Shown one piece after another: positions 1 to 13,736 of a stretch of 64,000 nucleotides of DNA; position 1 is the stretch's first letter; the number at the start of each line of letters is the position of its first letter. The stretch is from assembly GCF_058153355.1 (NCBI RefSeq), contig NZ_CM177019.1; one strand, written 5' to 3'. The position numbers and the translations under genes were made by a program. The notes below the pieces were generated by a model. That model did no database searches. It was not told where the DNA came from and saw only the letters and a list, made by a program, of their open reading frames with translations.

Positions 1-1377
1 GGGTACAAGCCCCTACCGCTAAAAAGAGTTTTTATACCCAAATCTAATGGCAAGAAAAGACCATTAGGAATCCCCGTCATGCTTGACAGGGCAATGCAGG
101 CCCTGCATCTGCTGGGATTGGAGCCTGTATCGGAAACTAATGCAGATCACAACAGTTATGGTTTCAGACCAGCGCGATGTACGGCTGACGCCATTCAACA
201 GGTATGTAATATGTATAGTTCCCGGAACGCCTCGAAATGGGTTCTGGAAGGCGATATTAAAGGATGCTTTGAACACATTAGCCACGAGTGGCTGCTTGAA
301 AATATTCCTATGGACAAGCAAATACTCCGTAATTGGTTGAAAGCCGGGATCATCGAAAAAAGCATATTCAGCAAAACTCTCTCGGGTACACCCCAGGGAG
401 GAATCATATCTCCAGTTCTGGCAAACATGGCCCTGGATGGACTGGAAAGACTGCTGCAAAATCGCTTTGGTCCGAAACGCTCAAAAACATTCAGGAAACA
501 TCAGGTTCACTTCGTCCGGTATGCTGATGATTTCATCATTTCCGGAAAGTCGAAAGAACTTCTGGAGGAGAATGTTCTTCCGTTGGTGAAATCATTTCTT
601 GCAGAAAGAGGGCTGACGTTATCCGAAGAGAAAACGGTCATCACTCACATTACTGACGGATTTGATTTCCTTGGGCAGCACGTCCGACGCTTCGGTAGAA
701 AACTCATAATCAGACCAGCCAAGAAAAACGTTAAACAATTTCTTAGCAAGATCAGAGAGACTATTGAAGGTAACCGAACGGTTCCTGCATGGGTGCTAAT
801 AAATCTGCTTAATCCAATCATCACCGGGTGGGCAAACTATCACCAACATGTAGCATCGGCAGAGACATTTAACTATGTCGACAACCAAATCTGGCGCAAA
901 ATCTGGCAGTGGTGCAGAAGGAGACATCCCGGCAAAGGCCGGAGATGGATCTTCCGAAAGTACCACACGACAATAAAAATGTGTCATGGTCGATTTTATG
1001 GAGTCGATCCGGAGGGTAGGAAATATGTTCTGTCCCGGGCCAGCGACATCCATATTAATCGCTATATAAAAATAAAGGGAACGGCAAATCCATATGATCC
1101 CGAGTGGGAAACATACTTCGAAAGAAGGCTGGACTACTCATGGAAGAAATCCCAACAGGGGCAGAAAAGGATTCTCGCTATATGGAAAAGGCAAGGATCG
1201 CGCTGCCCTTTATGTGAGCAACCGATTAATCGCGATACAGGATGGAATGTTCATCATTTGCTCAAGAAATCTCTTGGCGGTAGCGATGATGTGAGCAATT
1301 TAGTCCTACTCCATCCCAACTGCCATCGACAACTACATAGTAATGACGCTGGTCTCCCACAAGGTGGAGGCTTATAA
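1..1377 (+). CDS. Group II intron-encoded protein (reverse transcriptase / maturase / HNH endonuclease), 5'-partial
   Basis: Frame 1 is open from nt 1 (GYKPLPLKRVFIPKSNGKKRPLGIPV...); FVRYADDFII RT motif; ITGWANYH maturase motif; C-terminal CPLC...HH...HPNCH HNH motif. Confidence 0.85.
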   Translation, partial: GYKPLPLKRVFIPKSNGKKRPLGIPVMLDRAMQALHLLGLEPVSETNADHNSYGFRPARCTADAIQQVCNMYSSRNASKWVLEGDIKGCFEHISHEWLLENIPMDKQILRNWLKAGIIEKSIFSKTLSGTPQGGIISPVLANMALDGLERLLQNRFGPKRSKTFRKHQVHFVRYADDFIISGKSKELLEENVLPLVKSFLAERGLTLSEEKTVITHITDGFDFLGQHVRRFGRKLIIRPAKKNVKQFLSKIRETIEGNRTVPAWVLINLLNPIITGWANYHQHVASAETFNYVDNQIWRKIWQWCRRRHPGKGRRWIFRKYHTTIKMCHGRFYGVDPEGRKYVLSRASDIHINRYIKIKGTANPYDPEWETYFERRLDYSWKKSQQGQKRILAIWKRQGSRCPLCEQPINRDTGWNVHHLLKKSLGGSDDVSNLVLLHPNCHRQLHSNDAGLPQGGGL

Positions 1378-1383
1378 AGGCTT

Positions 1384-1417
1384 GAGCGGTATGCGGGGAA
1401 ACTCGCACGTACCGTTC
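1384..1417 (+). ncRNA. Group II intron domain V (catalytic hairpin)
   Basis: GAGCGGTATGCGGG-GAAA-CTCGCACGTACCGTTC: about 34-nt hairpin with conserved AGC triad and GNRA-type loop, directly after the IEP stop. Confidence 0.7.
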
Positions 1418-1420
1418 TTA

Positions 1421-1455
1421 GGGGGCGGCGAGACAGTAATGAATCGCTGCTACCC
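1421..1455 (+). ncRNA. Group II intron domain VI with bulged branch-point adenosine (A1452)
   Basis: ggg/ggcggcga-loop-tcgctgct/A/ccc: 8-bp stem plus 3-bp basal stem with single unpaired A on 3' side. Confidence 0.5.
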
Positions 1456-1493
1456 GACCACCCGCAAATTCAATTCATTGCGCCCCATCGCAG

Positions 1494-1518
1494 GCCTGAT
1501 AAGCGTAGCGCATCAGGC
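1494..1518. repeat. REP (repetitive extragenic palindromic) element downstream of cobB
   Basis: Palindrome gcctgataagcgtagcgcatcaggc. Confidence 0.6.
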
Positions 1519-1531
1519 AATGCTTCCTGCT

Positions 1532-2353
1532 TTATAAGCCCTTCAGCAACTTTTCAACAAACTCTGGCACCACCTGGCTTGCCGGGCCGTAATATTTCTC
1601 GGCAAATTCATTACCGACCTGACTCGGTTCAAGATTGAGTTCCACAGTGTGCGCACCATGCAGTTTCGCTTCGTGAACAAATCCAGCCGCCGGATAAACA
1701 TGCCCGGAAGTACCAATGGCAATGAAAATATCGGCCATCGACAACGCCATATAAATTTCATCCATGCCGAGTGGCATTTCGCCAAACCAAACGACGTGCG
1801 GGCGCAAGGGTGCCGGGAACTGGCAACAATGGCATTTATCTTCTGGCGTAACGTCTCCGGTCCAGTCGAGAATCTGACCACTTTGCGAACAACGTACTTT
1901 CAGCAATTCCCCATGCATATGAATCACATTGGTATTACCTGCGCGTTCGTGCAGATTGTCGATATTCTGCGTCACCAGCAAAAAGCGATCGCCGAGAGCA
2001 TCTTGCAGTTTAGCTAGCGCAAGATGCGCGGCGTTAGGCTGAATTTCTGGCTGCTGTAGCTGTCGACGACGGGCGTTATAAAACGCTTGCACCAGTTCAG
2101 GATCGCGATCGAAACCTTCCGGCGTTGCCACATCTTCAACCCGATGTTCTTCCCACAGGCCATCTGCGGCGCGAAAGGTACGAATACCTGATTCCGCGGA
2201 AATCCCTGCCCCTGTCAGTACGAGTACTCTTGGTTTTTCCATTGCTTCCGGCACCACTTTATCTCTGAAAAAAATACGCTGACGCAAACGCTCGCGCAGG
2301 CGGCGTTTATTTTTACGAAAACGACTTAACCGATGACCCCGACGCGACAGCAT
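1532..2353 (-). CDS. cobB: NAD-dependent protein deacylase (sirtuin), long isoform
   Basis: 273-aa ORF with [11 protein letters not shown]ossmann motif and zinc-binding cysteines; recognised as CobB. Confidence 0.9.
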   Translation of the reverse strand: MLSRRGHRLSRFRKNKRRLRERLRQRIFFRDKVVPEAMEKPRVLVLTGAGISAESGIRTFRAADGLWEEHRVEDVATPEGFDRDPELVQAFYNARRRQLQQPEIQPNAAHLALAKLQDALGDRFLLVTQNIDNLHERAGNTNVIHMHGELLKVRCSQSGQILDWTGDVTPEDKCHCCQFPAPLRPHVVWFGEMPLGMDEIYMALSMADIFIAIGTSGHVYPAAGFVHEAKLHGAHTVELNLEPSQVGNEFAEKYYGPASQVVPEFVEKLLKGL

Positions 2354-2368
2354 AGCAACCTCTGTTGT

Positions 2369-3280
2369 TTAATCGGTTAGATGTAGGAAAGCCGCACCAC
2401 GCATTCCTCCCGCATCACCGTGGCGCGCGCGTTCAATGCGCGGAACACGAGCTACAGGTAAGAGATGACGAGGCAGCCTGTCCGCCAGTTGCGTTGTGAT
2501 TGCCGGGAAATTCGATAAGCCACCACCAATGACGACCAGGTCAGGGTCAACAATGGTCAGGATATTTCCCAGACAAACCGCTAATAAATCCAGATAACGC
2601 TCAACGTGCGCCCTTGCCTGCTCATCGCCTTGATCATAAAGCGCAATAATTTCGGGAGCCTGCAACGGTTGATGATAATAGTGTTGATACAGCCACGCAA
2701 AACCGCGACCAGACAGATAATTTTCAATGCAGCCATGCTGACCACAGCCGCAGCGGCGTAATGGGAAATCCAGCCCCATCATGGTTAACGCATCAACCGG
2801 CAGACGCATATGGCCAAACTCGCCGGTAATATAGCTTTTACCGGTAATTGGTTTACCGTTGAAAATCAGCCCGCCGCCAACGCCGGTGCCGAGAATCAAC
2901 CCCATCACCAGTGGATATTGAGTAAATTCATCATCCCAGGCTTCTGAAAGGGCAAAACAGTTGGCATCGTTATCAAGGCGGACATCGCGATCAAGACGTG
3001 CGCTCAGATCTGCACGCAGCGATTTACCGCTGGCAGCGGGGACATTGGCGGCATACAGCGTACCATCTTCTGTTTCCGGCATTCCCGGAATACCGATGCC
3101 GACAGAACCTTTACAGCCAAAACGCTTATCGGCTTCAGCCACCAGCTCGCACACTGCATCTAAAAATGCGTCATAGCTGTCACGCGGTGTCGGCACGCGC
3201 TTTTCCCACTGCAACTGCCGACCGCTATTAAACACGCCAAGCGCAATTTTTGTTCCACCAATATCAAACCCGTAATACAT
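2369..3280 (-). CDS. nagK: N-acetyl-D-glucosamine kinase
   Basis: ROK-family protein; start placed at internal ATG ([11 protein letters not shown]) giving 303 aa. Confidence 0.85.
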   Translation of the reverse strand: MYYGFDIGGTKIALGVFNSGRQLQWEKRVPTPRDSYDAFLDAVCELVAEADKRFGCKGSVGIGIPGMPETEDGTLYAANVPAASGKSLRADLSARLDRDVRLDNDANCFALSEAWDDEFTQYPLVMGLILGTGVGGGLIFNGKPITGKSYITGEFGHMRLPVDALTMMGLDFPLRRCGCGQHGCIENYLSGRGFAWLYQHYYHQPLQAPEIIALYDQGDEQARAHVERYLDLLAVCLGNILTIVDPDLVVIGGGLSNFPAITTQLADRLPRHLLPVARVPRIERARHGDAGGMRGAAFLHLTD

Positions 3281-3308
3281 TGCCGCTCCTTGTTTTAATG
3301 TACTGCCT

Positions 3309-6557
<3,249 letters not shown>

Positions 6558-6707
6558 TCAATCGGCTAAATTGCCATGTTTTATCATCAATCTTGCCGCC
6601 TGATCTTAATCTGAAAAATCATCCAATACAGACAGATACCCATTACACCTCGGGTCATAACCCGCAGGATCAACCGCATGTAAATTAAAAAAGAGCGTGT
6701 TGTCCTG

Positions 6708-7781
6708 ATGAAACAAAAAGAGCTATGGATTAACCAGATCAAAGGGTTATGTATTTGTCTTGTAGTGATTTATCACTCGGTCATTACCTTTTATCCGCAT
6801 CTGACCACTTTTCAGCATCCGTTATCGGAAGTCCTGAGCAAATGCTGGATCTATTTCAATCTTTACCTTGCCCCCTTTCGTATGCCGGTTTTTTTCTTTA
6901 TTTCTGGCTATTTGATTCGCCGCTATATCGACAGCGTACCGTGGGGAAATTGTCTCAATAAACGCATCTGGAACATCTTCTGGGTGCTGGCGCTGTGGGG
7001 CGTGGTGCAGTGGCTGGCGTTAAGTGCGCTGAATCAGTGGCTGGCACCTGAGCGCGATTTAAGCAATGCCTCCAATGCCGCTTATGCCGATTCCACCGGT
7101 GAGTTCCTGCACGGGATGATCACCGCCAGCACCAGCTTGTGGTATCTGTATGCTTTAATTGTCTATTTCGTGATATGTAAACTTTTTAGCCGTCTGGCGC
7201 TGCCACTATTCGCCTTGTTTGTGCTGCTGAGTGTCTCTGTTAATTTCGTTCCCACGCCGTGGTGGGGAATGAACAGCGTGATCCGCAATTTGCCTTATTA
7301 CAGTCTTGGCGCATGGTTTGGCGCAACATTAATAACCTGTGTTAAAGCGGTGCCGTTGCGCCGCCATCTGCTGATGGCTTCTTTGTTGGCCGTTCTGGCG
7401 GTCGGTGCCTGGTTGTTTAATATCTCGCTGCTGTTGTCGCTGGTATCGATTGTGGTGATCATGAAACTGTTTTATCAGTACGAGCAACGCTTCGGTATGC
7501 GCTCCTCCAGCCTGCTGAATGTGATTGGCTCCAACACCATTGCTATCTATACCACCCATCGCATACTGGTAGAAATATTCAGCTTAAGCCTGATTCCGCA
7601 AATGAACGCGGCACGCTGGTCGCCGCAAATCGAACTGACGCTCCTGCTGGTTTACCCCTTTGTCAGTTTGTTGATTTGTACTGTTGCGGGCTTGCTGGTA
7701 AGAAAACTTTCACAGCGCGCATTCAGCGATCTGTTGTTCTCCCCGCCTTCTCTGCCCGCTACCGTCAGTTACTCCCGCTAA
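6708..7781 (+). CDS. ycfT: Inner membrane acyltransferase-3 family protein
   Basis: 357-aa polytopic membrane protein; synteny. Confidence 0.8.
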   Translation: MKQKELWINQIKGLCICLVVIYHSVITFYPHLTTFQHPLSEVLSKCWIYFNLYLAPFRMPVFFFISGYLIRRYIDSVPWGNCLNKRIWNIFWVLALWGVVQWLALSALNQWLAPERDLSNASNAAYADSTGEFLHGMITASTSLWYLYALIVYFVICKLFSRLALPLFALFVLLSVSVNFVPTPWWGMNSVIRNLPYYSLGAWFGATLITCVKAVPLRRHLLMASLLAVLAVGAWLFNISLLLSLVSIVVIMKLFYQYEQRFGMRSSSLLNVIGSNTIAIYTTHRILVEIFSLSLIPQMNAARWSPQIELTLLLVYPFVSLLICTVAGLLVRKLSQRAFSDLLFSPPSLPATVSYSR

Positions 7782-7908
7782 ACCATCGCCCCTGGCGGGG
7801 CGATTCGATTTGCTAAACCATGTCGATTACGGATAATGAACAGCATTGCTTATCAGAGATATGCCCCCATATGTTGAGGCATATCCTAACGAGAATCTGA
7901 CAACCGTT

Positions 7909-10900
7909 ATGCCTGAACAATATCGTTATACGCTGCCCGTCAAAGCGGGTGAGCAGCGTCTGCTGGGCGAGTTAACTGGCGCTGCCTGCGCGACGCTGGT
8001 AGCGGAAATTGCCGAACGTCACGCCGGTCCGGTGGTACTTATTGCACCAGATATGCAAAATGCTCTGCGTTTGCATGATGAAATCAGCCAGTTTACCGAT
8101 CAGATGGTGATGAATCTGGCGGACTGGGAAACCCTTCCCTACGACAGTTTTTCGCCTCATCAGGACATTATCTCCTCACGCCTTTCCACTCTTTACCAGC
8201 TACCAACGATGCAGCGTGGCGTACTGATTGTTCCGGTGAATACGCTTATGCAGCGCGTTTGCCCGCACAGTTTCCTCCACGGCCACGCGCTGATGATGAA
8301 AAAAGGTCAGCGGTTATCTCGTGATGCCTTGCGTACGCAACTGGACAGTGCCGGTTATCGCCATGTTGACCAGGTTATGGAGCACGGCGAATACGCCACG
8401 CGCGGCGCGTTGCTGGATCTTTTCCCGATGGGCAGCGACTTGCCTTATCGTCTTGATTTTTTTGATGATGAAATTGACAGTCTGCGGGTGTTTGACGTCG
8501 ATAGCCAGCGCACGCTGGAGGAAGTAGAAGCGATCAATCTGTTGCCCGCGCACGAATTTCCGACCGATAAAGCGGCGATTGAACTGTTCCGCAGCCAGTG
8601 GCGCGATACCTTCGAAGTGAAGCGCGACCCGGAACATATTTATCAGCAAGTGAGTAAAGGCACATTACCTGCCGGGATCGAGTACTGGCAGCCGCTATTC
8701 TTCAGCGAACCGCTGCCGCCACTGTTCAGTTATTTCCCTGCCAATACGCTATTGGTGAATACTGGCGATCTGGAAAACAGTGCCGAACGTTTCCAGGCTG
8801 ACACGCTGGCGCGTTTTGAAAATCGCGGCGTCGATCCGATGCGTCCACTGTTGCCACCACAATCGCTCTGGCTGCGGGTAGACGAGCTCTTTTCAGAGCT
8901 AAAAAACTGGCCGCGTGTGCAGCTAAAAACTGAACATTTACCGACAAAAGCAGCGAATGCCAATTTAGGTTTCCAGAAGCTGCCAGACCTGGCCGTTCAG
9001 GCACAACAAAAAGCGCCGCTGGATGCGCTGCGTAAGTTCCTCGAGTCTTTCGACGGTCCGGTGGTGTTCTCGGTAGAAAGTGAAGGTCGCCGTGAAGCGC
9101 TGGGTGAACTGCTCGCGCGAATTAAAATTGCTCCTCAACGCATTATGCGTCTTGATGAAGCCAACGACCGTGGGCGTTATCTGATGATTGGCGCTGCCGA
9201 ACATGGTTTTGTCGATACGGTACGTAATCTGGCGCTGATTTGCGAAAGCGATCTGCTCGGTGAACGCGTTGCCCGTCGTCGTCAGGATTCTCGCCGCGCC
9301 ATCAACCCCGATACACTGATCCGTAACCTTGCGGAGCTGCATATTGGTCAGCCGGTGGTCCATCTGGAGCACGGCGTCGGGCGCTATGCAGGAATGACCA
9401 CGCTGGAAGCCGGCGGCATTACCGGCGAGTATTTGATGCTCACCTATGCCAACGACGCCAAACTGTATGTTCCGGTGTCGTCACTGCATCTGATTAGCCG
9501 GTACGCAGGTGGCGCGGAAGAAAATGCCCCGCTGCATAAACTTGGCGGCGATGCGTGGTCACGCGCGCGGCAGAAAGCGGCGGAAAAAGTGCGTGATGTG
9601 GCGGCAGAATTGCTGGATATCTACGCGCAACGCGCCGCCAAAGAGGGCTTCGCGTTTAAACACGATCGTGAACAATATCAATTGTTCTGCGACAGCTTCC
9701 CGTTTGAAACCACGCCGGATCAGGCGCAAGCCATTAATGCAGTGCTTAGCGATATGTGTCAGCCGCTGGCGATGGATCGTCTGGTGTGCGGCGATGTTGG
9801 CTTTGGTAAAACAGAAGTTGCGATGCGCGCCGCTTTCCTGGCGGTAGATAACCACAAGCAGGTGGCGGTGCTGGTGCCTACCACCCTTCTCGCGCAGCAG
9901 CATTACGACAACTTCCGCGACCGTTTCGCCAACTGGCCGGTACGCATCGAAATGATCTCCCGTTTCCGCAGCGCCAAAGAGCAGACGCAAATCCTTGCGG
10001 AAGTGGCGGAAGGGAAAATCGATATTCTGATCGGTACGCACAAACTGCTGCAAAATGACGTCAAGTTTAAAGATTTAGGTCTGCTGATTGTCGATGAAGA
10101 ACACCGCTTCGGGGTGCGTCATAAAGAGCGCATTAAAGCGATGCGGGCGAACGTGGATATTCTGACACTTACCGCAACGCCGATCCCACGTACGCTGAAT
10201 ATGGCAATGAGCGGAATGCGCGATCTGTCGATTATCGCTACGCCGCCTGCCCGTCGTCTGGCAGTTAAAACCTTTGTCCGTGAGTATGACAGTCTGGTGG
10301 TCCGGGAGGCGATCCTGCGTGAAATTTTGCGCGGGGGACAGGTTTATTATCTCTACAATGATGTGGAAAACATCCAGAAAGCCGCCGAACGACTGGCAGA
10401 ACTGGTGCCAGAGGCGCGGATCGCCATCGGCCACGGGCAGATGCGTGAGCGCGAACTGGAACGGGTGATGAATGATTTCCATCATCAACGTTTCAACGTG
10501 CTGGTTTGTACCACCATTATCGAAACCGGGATCGACATCCCTACCGCTAACACCATTATCATTGAACGCGCGGATCACTTCGGTCTGGCACAACTCCACC
10601 AGTTGCGCGGTCGCGTCGGACGTTCGCATCATCAGGCATATGCATGGTTGCTGACGCCGCATCCAAAAGCGATGACCACCGATGCGCAAAAACGTCTTGA
10701 AGCGATTGCCTCGCTGGAAGATCTCGGTGCAGGTTTTGCGCTGGCAACGCACGATCTGGAGATTCGCGGCGCAGGTGAACTGCTTGGCGAAGAACAAAGC
10801 GGCTCAATGGAAACCATCGGTTTCTCGCTGTATATGGAGTTGCTGGAAAACGCCGTCGATGCGCTGAAAGCCGGACGCGAGCCGTCGCTGGAAGATCTCA

Positions 10901-11355
10901 CTAGCCAGCAAACAGAAGTCGAGCTGCGGATGCCGTCGCTATTACCAGATGATTTCATTCCTGACGTGAATACGCGTTTGTCGTTCTATAAACGTATTGC
11001 CAGCGCCAAAACGGAAAACGAACTGGAAGAGATCAAAGTTGAGCTTATCGATCGCTTCGGCCTGCTGCCGGATCCGGCGCGTACCCTGCTGGATATTGCC
11101 CGTCTGCGCCAGCAAGCGCAGAAACTGGGGATCAGGAAGCTGGAAGGTAATGAGAAAGGTGGGGTGATCGAATTTGCCGAGAAGAATCACGTTAATCCGG
11201 CATGGCTGATTGGTTTGCTGCAAAAACAGCCACAGCATTACCGCCTTGATGGTCCGACGCGCCTGAAGTTTATTCAGGATTTGAGCGAGCGGAAAACGCG
11301 TATCGAATGGGTACGCCAGTTTATGCGTGAACTGGAAGAGAACGCGATCGCTTAA
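7909..11355 (+). CDS. mfd: Transcription-repair coupling factor
   Basis: 1148-aa protein from MPEQYRY; superfamily 2 helicase motifs (GDVGFGKTEVA, DEEH). Confidence 0.95.
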   Translation: MPEQYRYTLPVKAGEQRLLGELTGAACATLVAEIAERHAGPVVLIAPDMQNALRLHDEISQFTDQMVMNLADWETLPYDSFSPHQDIISSRLSTLYQLPTMQRGVLIVPVNTLMQRVCPHSFLHGHALMMKKGQRLSRDALRTQLDSAGYRHVDQVMEHGEYATRGALLDLFPMGSDLPYRLDFFDDEIDSLRVFDVDSQRTLEEVEAINLLPAHEFPTDKAAIELFRSQWRDTFEVKRDPEHIYQQVSKGTLPAGIEYWQPLFFSEPLPPLFSYFPANTLLVNTGDLENSAERFQADTLARFENRGVDPMRPLLPPQSLWLRVDELFSELKNWPRVQLKTEHLPTKAANANLGFQKLPDLAVQAQQKAPLDALRKFLESFDGPVVFSVESEGRREALGELLARIKIAPQRIMRLDEANDRGRYLMIGAAEHGFVDTVRNLALICESDLLGERVARRRQDSRRAINPDTLIRNLAELHIGQPVVHLEHGVGRYAGMTTLEAGGITGEYLMLTYANDAKLYVPVSSLHLISRYAGGAEENAPLHKLGGDAWSRARQKAAEKVRDVAAELLDIYAQRAAKEGFAFKHDREQYQLFCDSFPFETTPDQAQAINAVLSDMCQPLAMDRLVCGDVGFGKTEVAMRAAFLAVDNHKQVAVLVPTTLLAQQHYDNFRDRFANWPVRIEMISRFRSAKEQTQILAEVAEGKIDILIGTHKLLQNDVKFKDLGLLIVDEEHRFGVRHKERIKAMRANVDILTLTATPIPRTLNMAMSGMRDLSIIATPPARRLAVKTFVREYDSLVVREAILREILRGGQVYYLYNDVENIQKAAERLAELVPEARIAIGHGQMRERELERVMNDFHHQRFNVLVCTTIIETGIDIPTANTIIIERADHFGLAQLHQLRGRVGRSHHQAYAWLLTPHPKAMTTDAQKRLEAIASLEDLGAGFALATHDLEIRGAGELLGEEQSGSMETIGFSLYMELLENAVDALKAGREPSLEDLTSQQTEVELRMPSLLPDDFIPDVNTRLSFYKRIASAKTENELEEIKVELIDRFGLLPDPARTLLDIARLRQQAQKLGIRKLEGNEKGGVIEFAEKNHVNPAWLIGLLQKQPQHYRLDGPTRLKFIQDLSERKTRIEWVRQFMRELEENAIA

Positions 11356-11365
11356 TAGTTAATCG

Positions 11366-11387
11366 GGGGCGTTTCTGCGCCCCCATC
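11366..11387 (+). terminator. Putative intrinsic terminator after mfd
   Basis: GC-rich hairpin gggggcg-tttct-gcgccccc after stop. Confidence 0.5.
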
Positions 11388-11498
11388 TGCAACATTTACA
11401 AATTCTTTGCACTTCCCTGCACTATCCGACACTGTCACCATCCATAATTCAGGCTTATCTGTTTATTACAATAACCTTATATTTATTATGGATTTTTG

Positions 11499-12461
11499 GT
11501 GATGATCAAAACGCGTTTTTCTCGCTGGCTAACGTTTTTTACGTTCGCCGCTGCCGTGGCGCTGGCGCTACCGGTAAAAGCCAACACCTGGCCGCTGCCG
11601 CCAGCAGGCAGTCGTCTGGTTGGCGAAAACAAATTTCATGTGGTGGAAAATGACGGTGGTTCTCTGGAAGCCATCGCCAAAAAATATAATGTCGGCTTTC
11701 TCGCTCTGTTACAGGCTAACCCCGGCGTTGATCCTTACGTGCCGCGCGCGGGTAGCGTGTTAACGATCCCGTTGCAAACCCTACTTCCAGATGCGCCGCG
11801 CGAAGGCATTGTGATCAATATTGCGGAACTGCGTCTCTATTACTACCCGCCGGGTAAAAATTCGGTAACCGTGTATCCCATCGGCATTGGTCAGTTGGGT
11901 GGTGACACGCTGACACCGACAATGGTGACCACCGTTTCTGACAAGCGTGCAAACCCAACCTGGACGCCAACGGCAAACATTCGCGCGCGGTATAAGGCAC
12001 AGGGAATTGAGTTGCCTGCGGTAGTTCCGGCTGGACCGGATAACCCAATGGGCCATCATGCGATTCGTCTGGCGGCCTATGGCGGTGTTTATTTGCTTCA
12101 CGGTACGAACGCCGATTTCGGCATTGGCATGCGGGTAAGTTCTGGCTGTATTCGTCTGCGGGATGACGATATCAAAACACTCTTTAGCCAGGTCACCCCA
12201 GGTACCAAAGTGAATATCATCAACACCCCGATTAAAGTCTCTGCCGAACCAAACGGTGCGCGTCTGGTTGAAGTACATCAACCGCTGTCAGAGAAGATTG
12301 ATGACGATCCACAACTGTTGCCAATTACGCTGAACAGCGCAATGCAATCATTTAAAGATGCAGCGCAAACTGACGCTGAAGTGATGCAGCATGTGATGGA
12401 TGTCCGTTCCGGGATGCCGGTGGATGTCCGCCGTCATCAAGTGAGCCCACAAACTTTGTAA
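11499..12461 (+). CDS. ldtC: L,D-transpeptidase (YkuD domain, LysM)
   Basis: Signal peptide, LysM and YkuD domain with HGT...SSGCIRL catalytic motif; GTG start assumed (MMIKTRF). Confidence 0.85.
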   Translation: MMIKTRFSRWLTFFTFAAAVALALPVKANTWPLPPAGSRLVGENKFHVVENDGGSLEAIAKKYNVGFLALLQANPGVDPYVPRAGSVLTIPLQTLLPDAPREGIVINIAELRLYYYPPGKNSVTVYPIGIGQLGGDTLTPTMVTTVSDKRANPTWTPTANIRARYKAQGIELPAVVPAGPDNPMGHHAIRLAAYGGVYLLHGTNADFGIGMRVSSGCIRLRDDDIKTLFSQVTPGTKVNIINTPIKVSAEPNGARLVEVHQPLSEKIDDDPQLLPITLNSAMQSFKDAAQTDAEVMQHVMDVRSGMPVDVRRHQVSPQTL

Positions 12462-12478
12462 ATCCTGGATAAAAAAAT

Positions 12479-12503
12479 CCCCGCGACACGGCATGTCGCG
12501 GGG
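12479..12503. terminator. Bidirectional intrinsic terminator between ldtC and bhsA
   Basis: ccccgcgacacggcatgtcgcgggg hairpin flanked by A-run and T-run. Confidence 0.6.
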
Positions 12504-12543
12504 AAAAAAATCAGCAGTAGCAGGCATTAATGAGGGTTAATGC

Positions 12544-12801
12544 TTATTTATAAATTACTGCTGTTCCATGGACGGTATTCGGACCGGTTACAGAAGTAAT
12601 ACGGAAAGATTTTGCGCCCATCTCATCCGCTTTTTGCGCCAGCTGCTCTTCCAGCGATCCCAGATTTGTCCCCGCGTTAGCACTGATAGTACCGACTTTT
12701 TGTTGGCCTTCTGGCGTTGACTGAACTTCGACAGCCGCAAAGCTGGCAAATGACATTGAGCTTAAAATCGCCGCAGCGATGAGGGTTTTTACGTTTTTCA
12801 T
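12544..12801 (-). CDS. bhsA: Multiple stress resistance outer-membrane protein (DUF1471/YhcN family)
   Basis: 85-aa secreted protein; recognised sequence. Confidence 0.85.
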   Translation of the reverse strand: MKNVKTLIAAAILSSMSFASFAAVEVQSTPEGQQKVGTISANAGTNLGSLEEQLAQKADEMGAKSFRITSVTGPNTVHGTAVIYK

Positions 12802-13041
12802 AATAGTGGCCTTATGCAGATGAATGACGTCGCAAGCAATTACTTAACGATCGATAACTAAATGATAGATGTGATCTGGATCACATACAAGATATTTTTT
12901 ATAACAATCATTAATTAATTTAAAAATCTTTAAATTTCAGTTAAATAGAAAGCAATTATTTTTATGGTTTGTGGACTGGTGAACGGAGGTGATTATTTTT
13001 ATAATAACCTTTCATTCACAGTCACCAGGTACAACGGCATC

Positions 13042-13674
13042 ATGGCAACTGACTCAACACAATGTGTAAAAAAAAGCCGTGGCCGCCCAAAAGTGTTCGA
13101 CAGGGATGCCGCGCTTGATAAGGCCATGAAATTGTTCTGGCAGCACGGTTATGAAGCGACTTCTCTTGCGGACCTCGTCGAAGCGACCGGAGCCAAAGCG
13201 CCCACGCTATACGCGGAATTTACCAACAAAGAGGGGTTATTCCGCGCCGTACTCGACCGCTATATCGATCGTTTTGCCGCTAAGCATGAAGCACAGCTGT
13301 TTTGTGAAGAGAAAAGCGTGGAGTCTGCGCTGGCTGACTATTTTGCTGCCATCGCCAACTGCTTTACCAGCAAAGACACCCCGGCTGGCTGCTTTATGAT
13401 CAACAACTGCACCACCCTCTCCCCGGATTCCGGAGATATCGCCAATACGCTGAAATCACGCCATGCGATGCAAGAGCGCACTTTGCAGCAGTTTTTATGT
13501 CAACGACAAGCGCGCGGGGAAATCCCGACCCACTGTGATGTGACGCATCTGGCTGAATTCCTTAATTGTATTATTCAGGGGATGTCGATCAGCGCACGCG
13601 AAGGTGCATCGCTGGAAAAACTGATGCAGATTGCCCGAACGACTTTGCGTTTATGGCCCGAACTGGTGAAATAA
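13042..13674 (+). CDS. comR: TetR-family transcriptional repressor
   Basis: 210 aa from MATDSTQ; N-terminal TetR HTH. Confidence 0.85.
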   Translation: MATDSTQCVKKSRGRPKVFDRDAALDKAMKLFWQHGYEATSLADLVEATGAKAPTLYAEFTNKEGLFRAVLDRYIDRFAAKHEAQLFCEEKSVESALADYFAAIANCFTSKDTPAGCFMINNCTTLSPDSGDIANTLKSRHAMQERTLQQFLCQRQARGEIPTHCDVTHLAEFLNCIIQGMSISAREGASLEKLMQIARTTLRLWPELVK

Positions 13675-13736
13675 GGCGCAAAAAAAAGCCCCTCAGCCTG
13701 AGCGAATGGGGGGCTAAATTGCAGAATACAGCCTTG

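Larger units (their letters stand above)
1..1459 (+). mobile_element. Group II intron, 3' portion (ORF-containing domain IV, domains V and VI); 5' part lies outside the window; 3' end approximate (+/-10 nt)
   Basis: Open reading frame from position 1 with RT motifs (IPKSNGKKRPLGIP, YADD), maturase X motif and HNH motif; followed by domain V-like hairpin at 1384-1417 and domain VI-like hairpin with bulged A at 1452. Confidence 0.75.
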
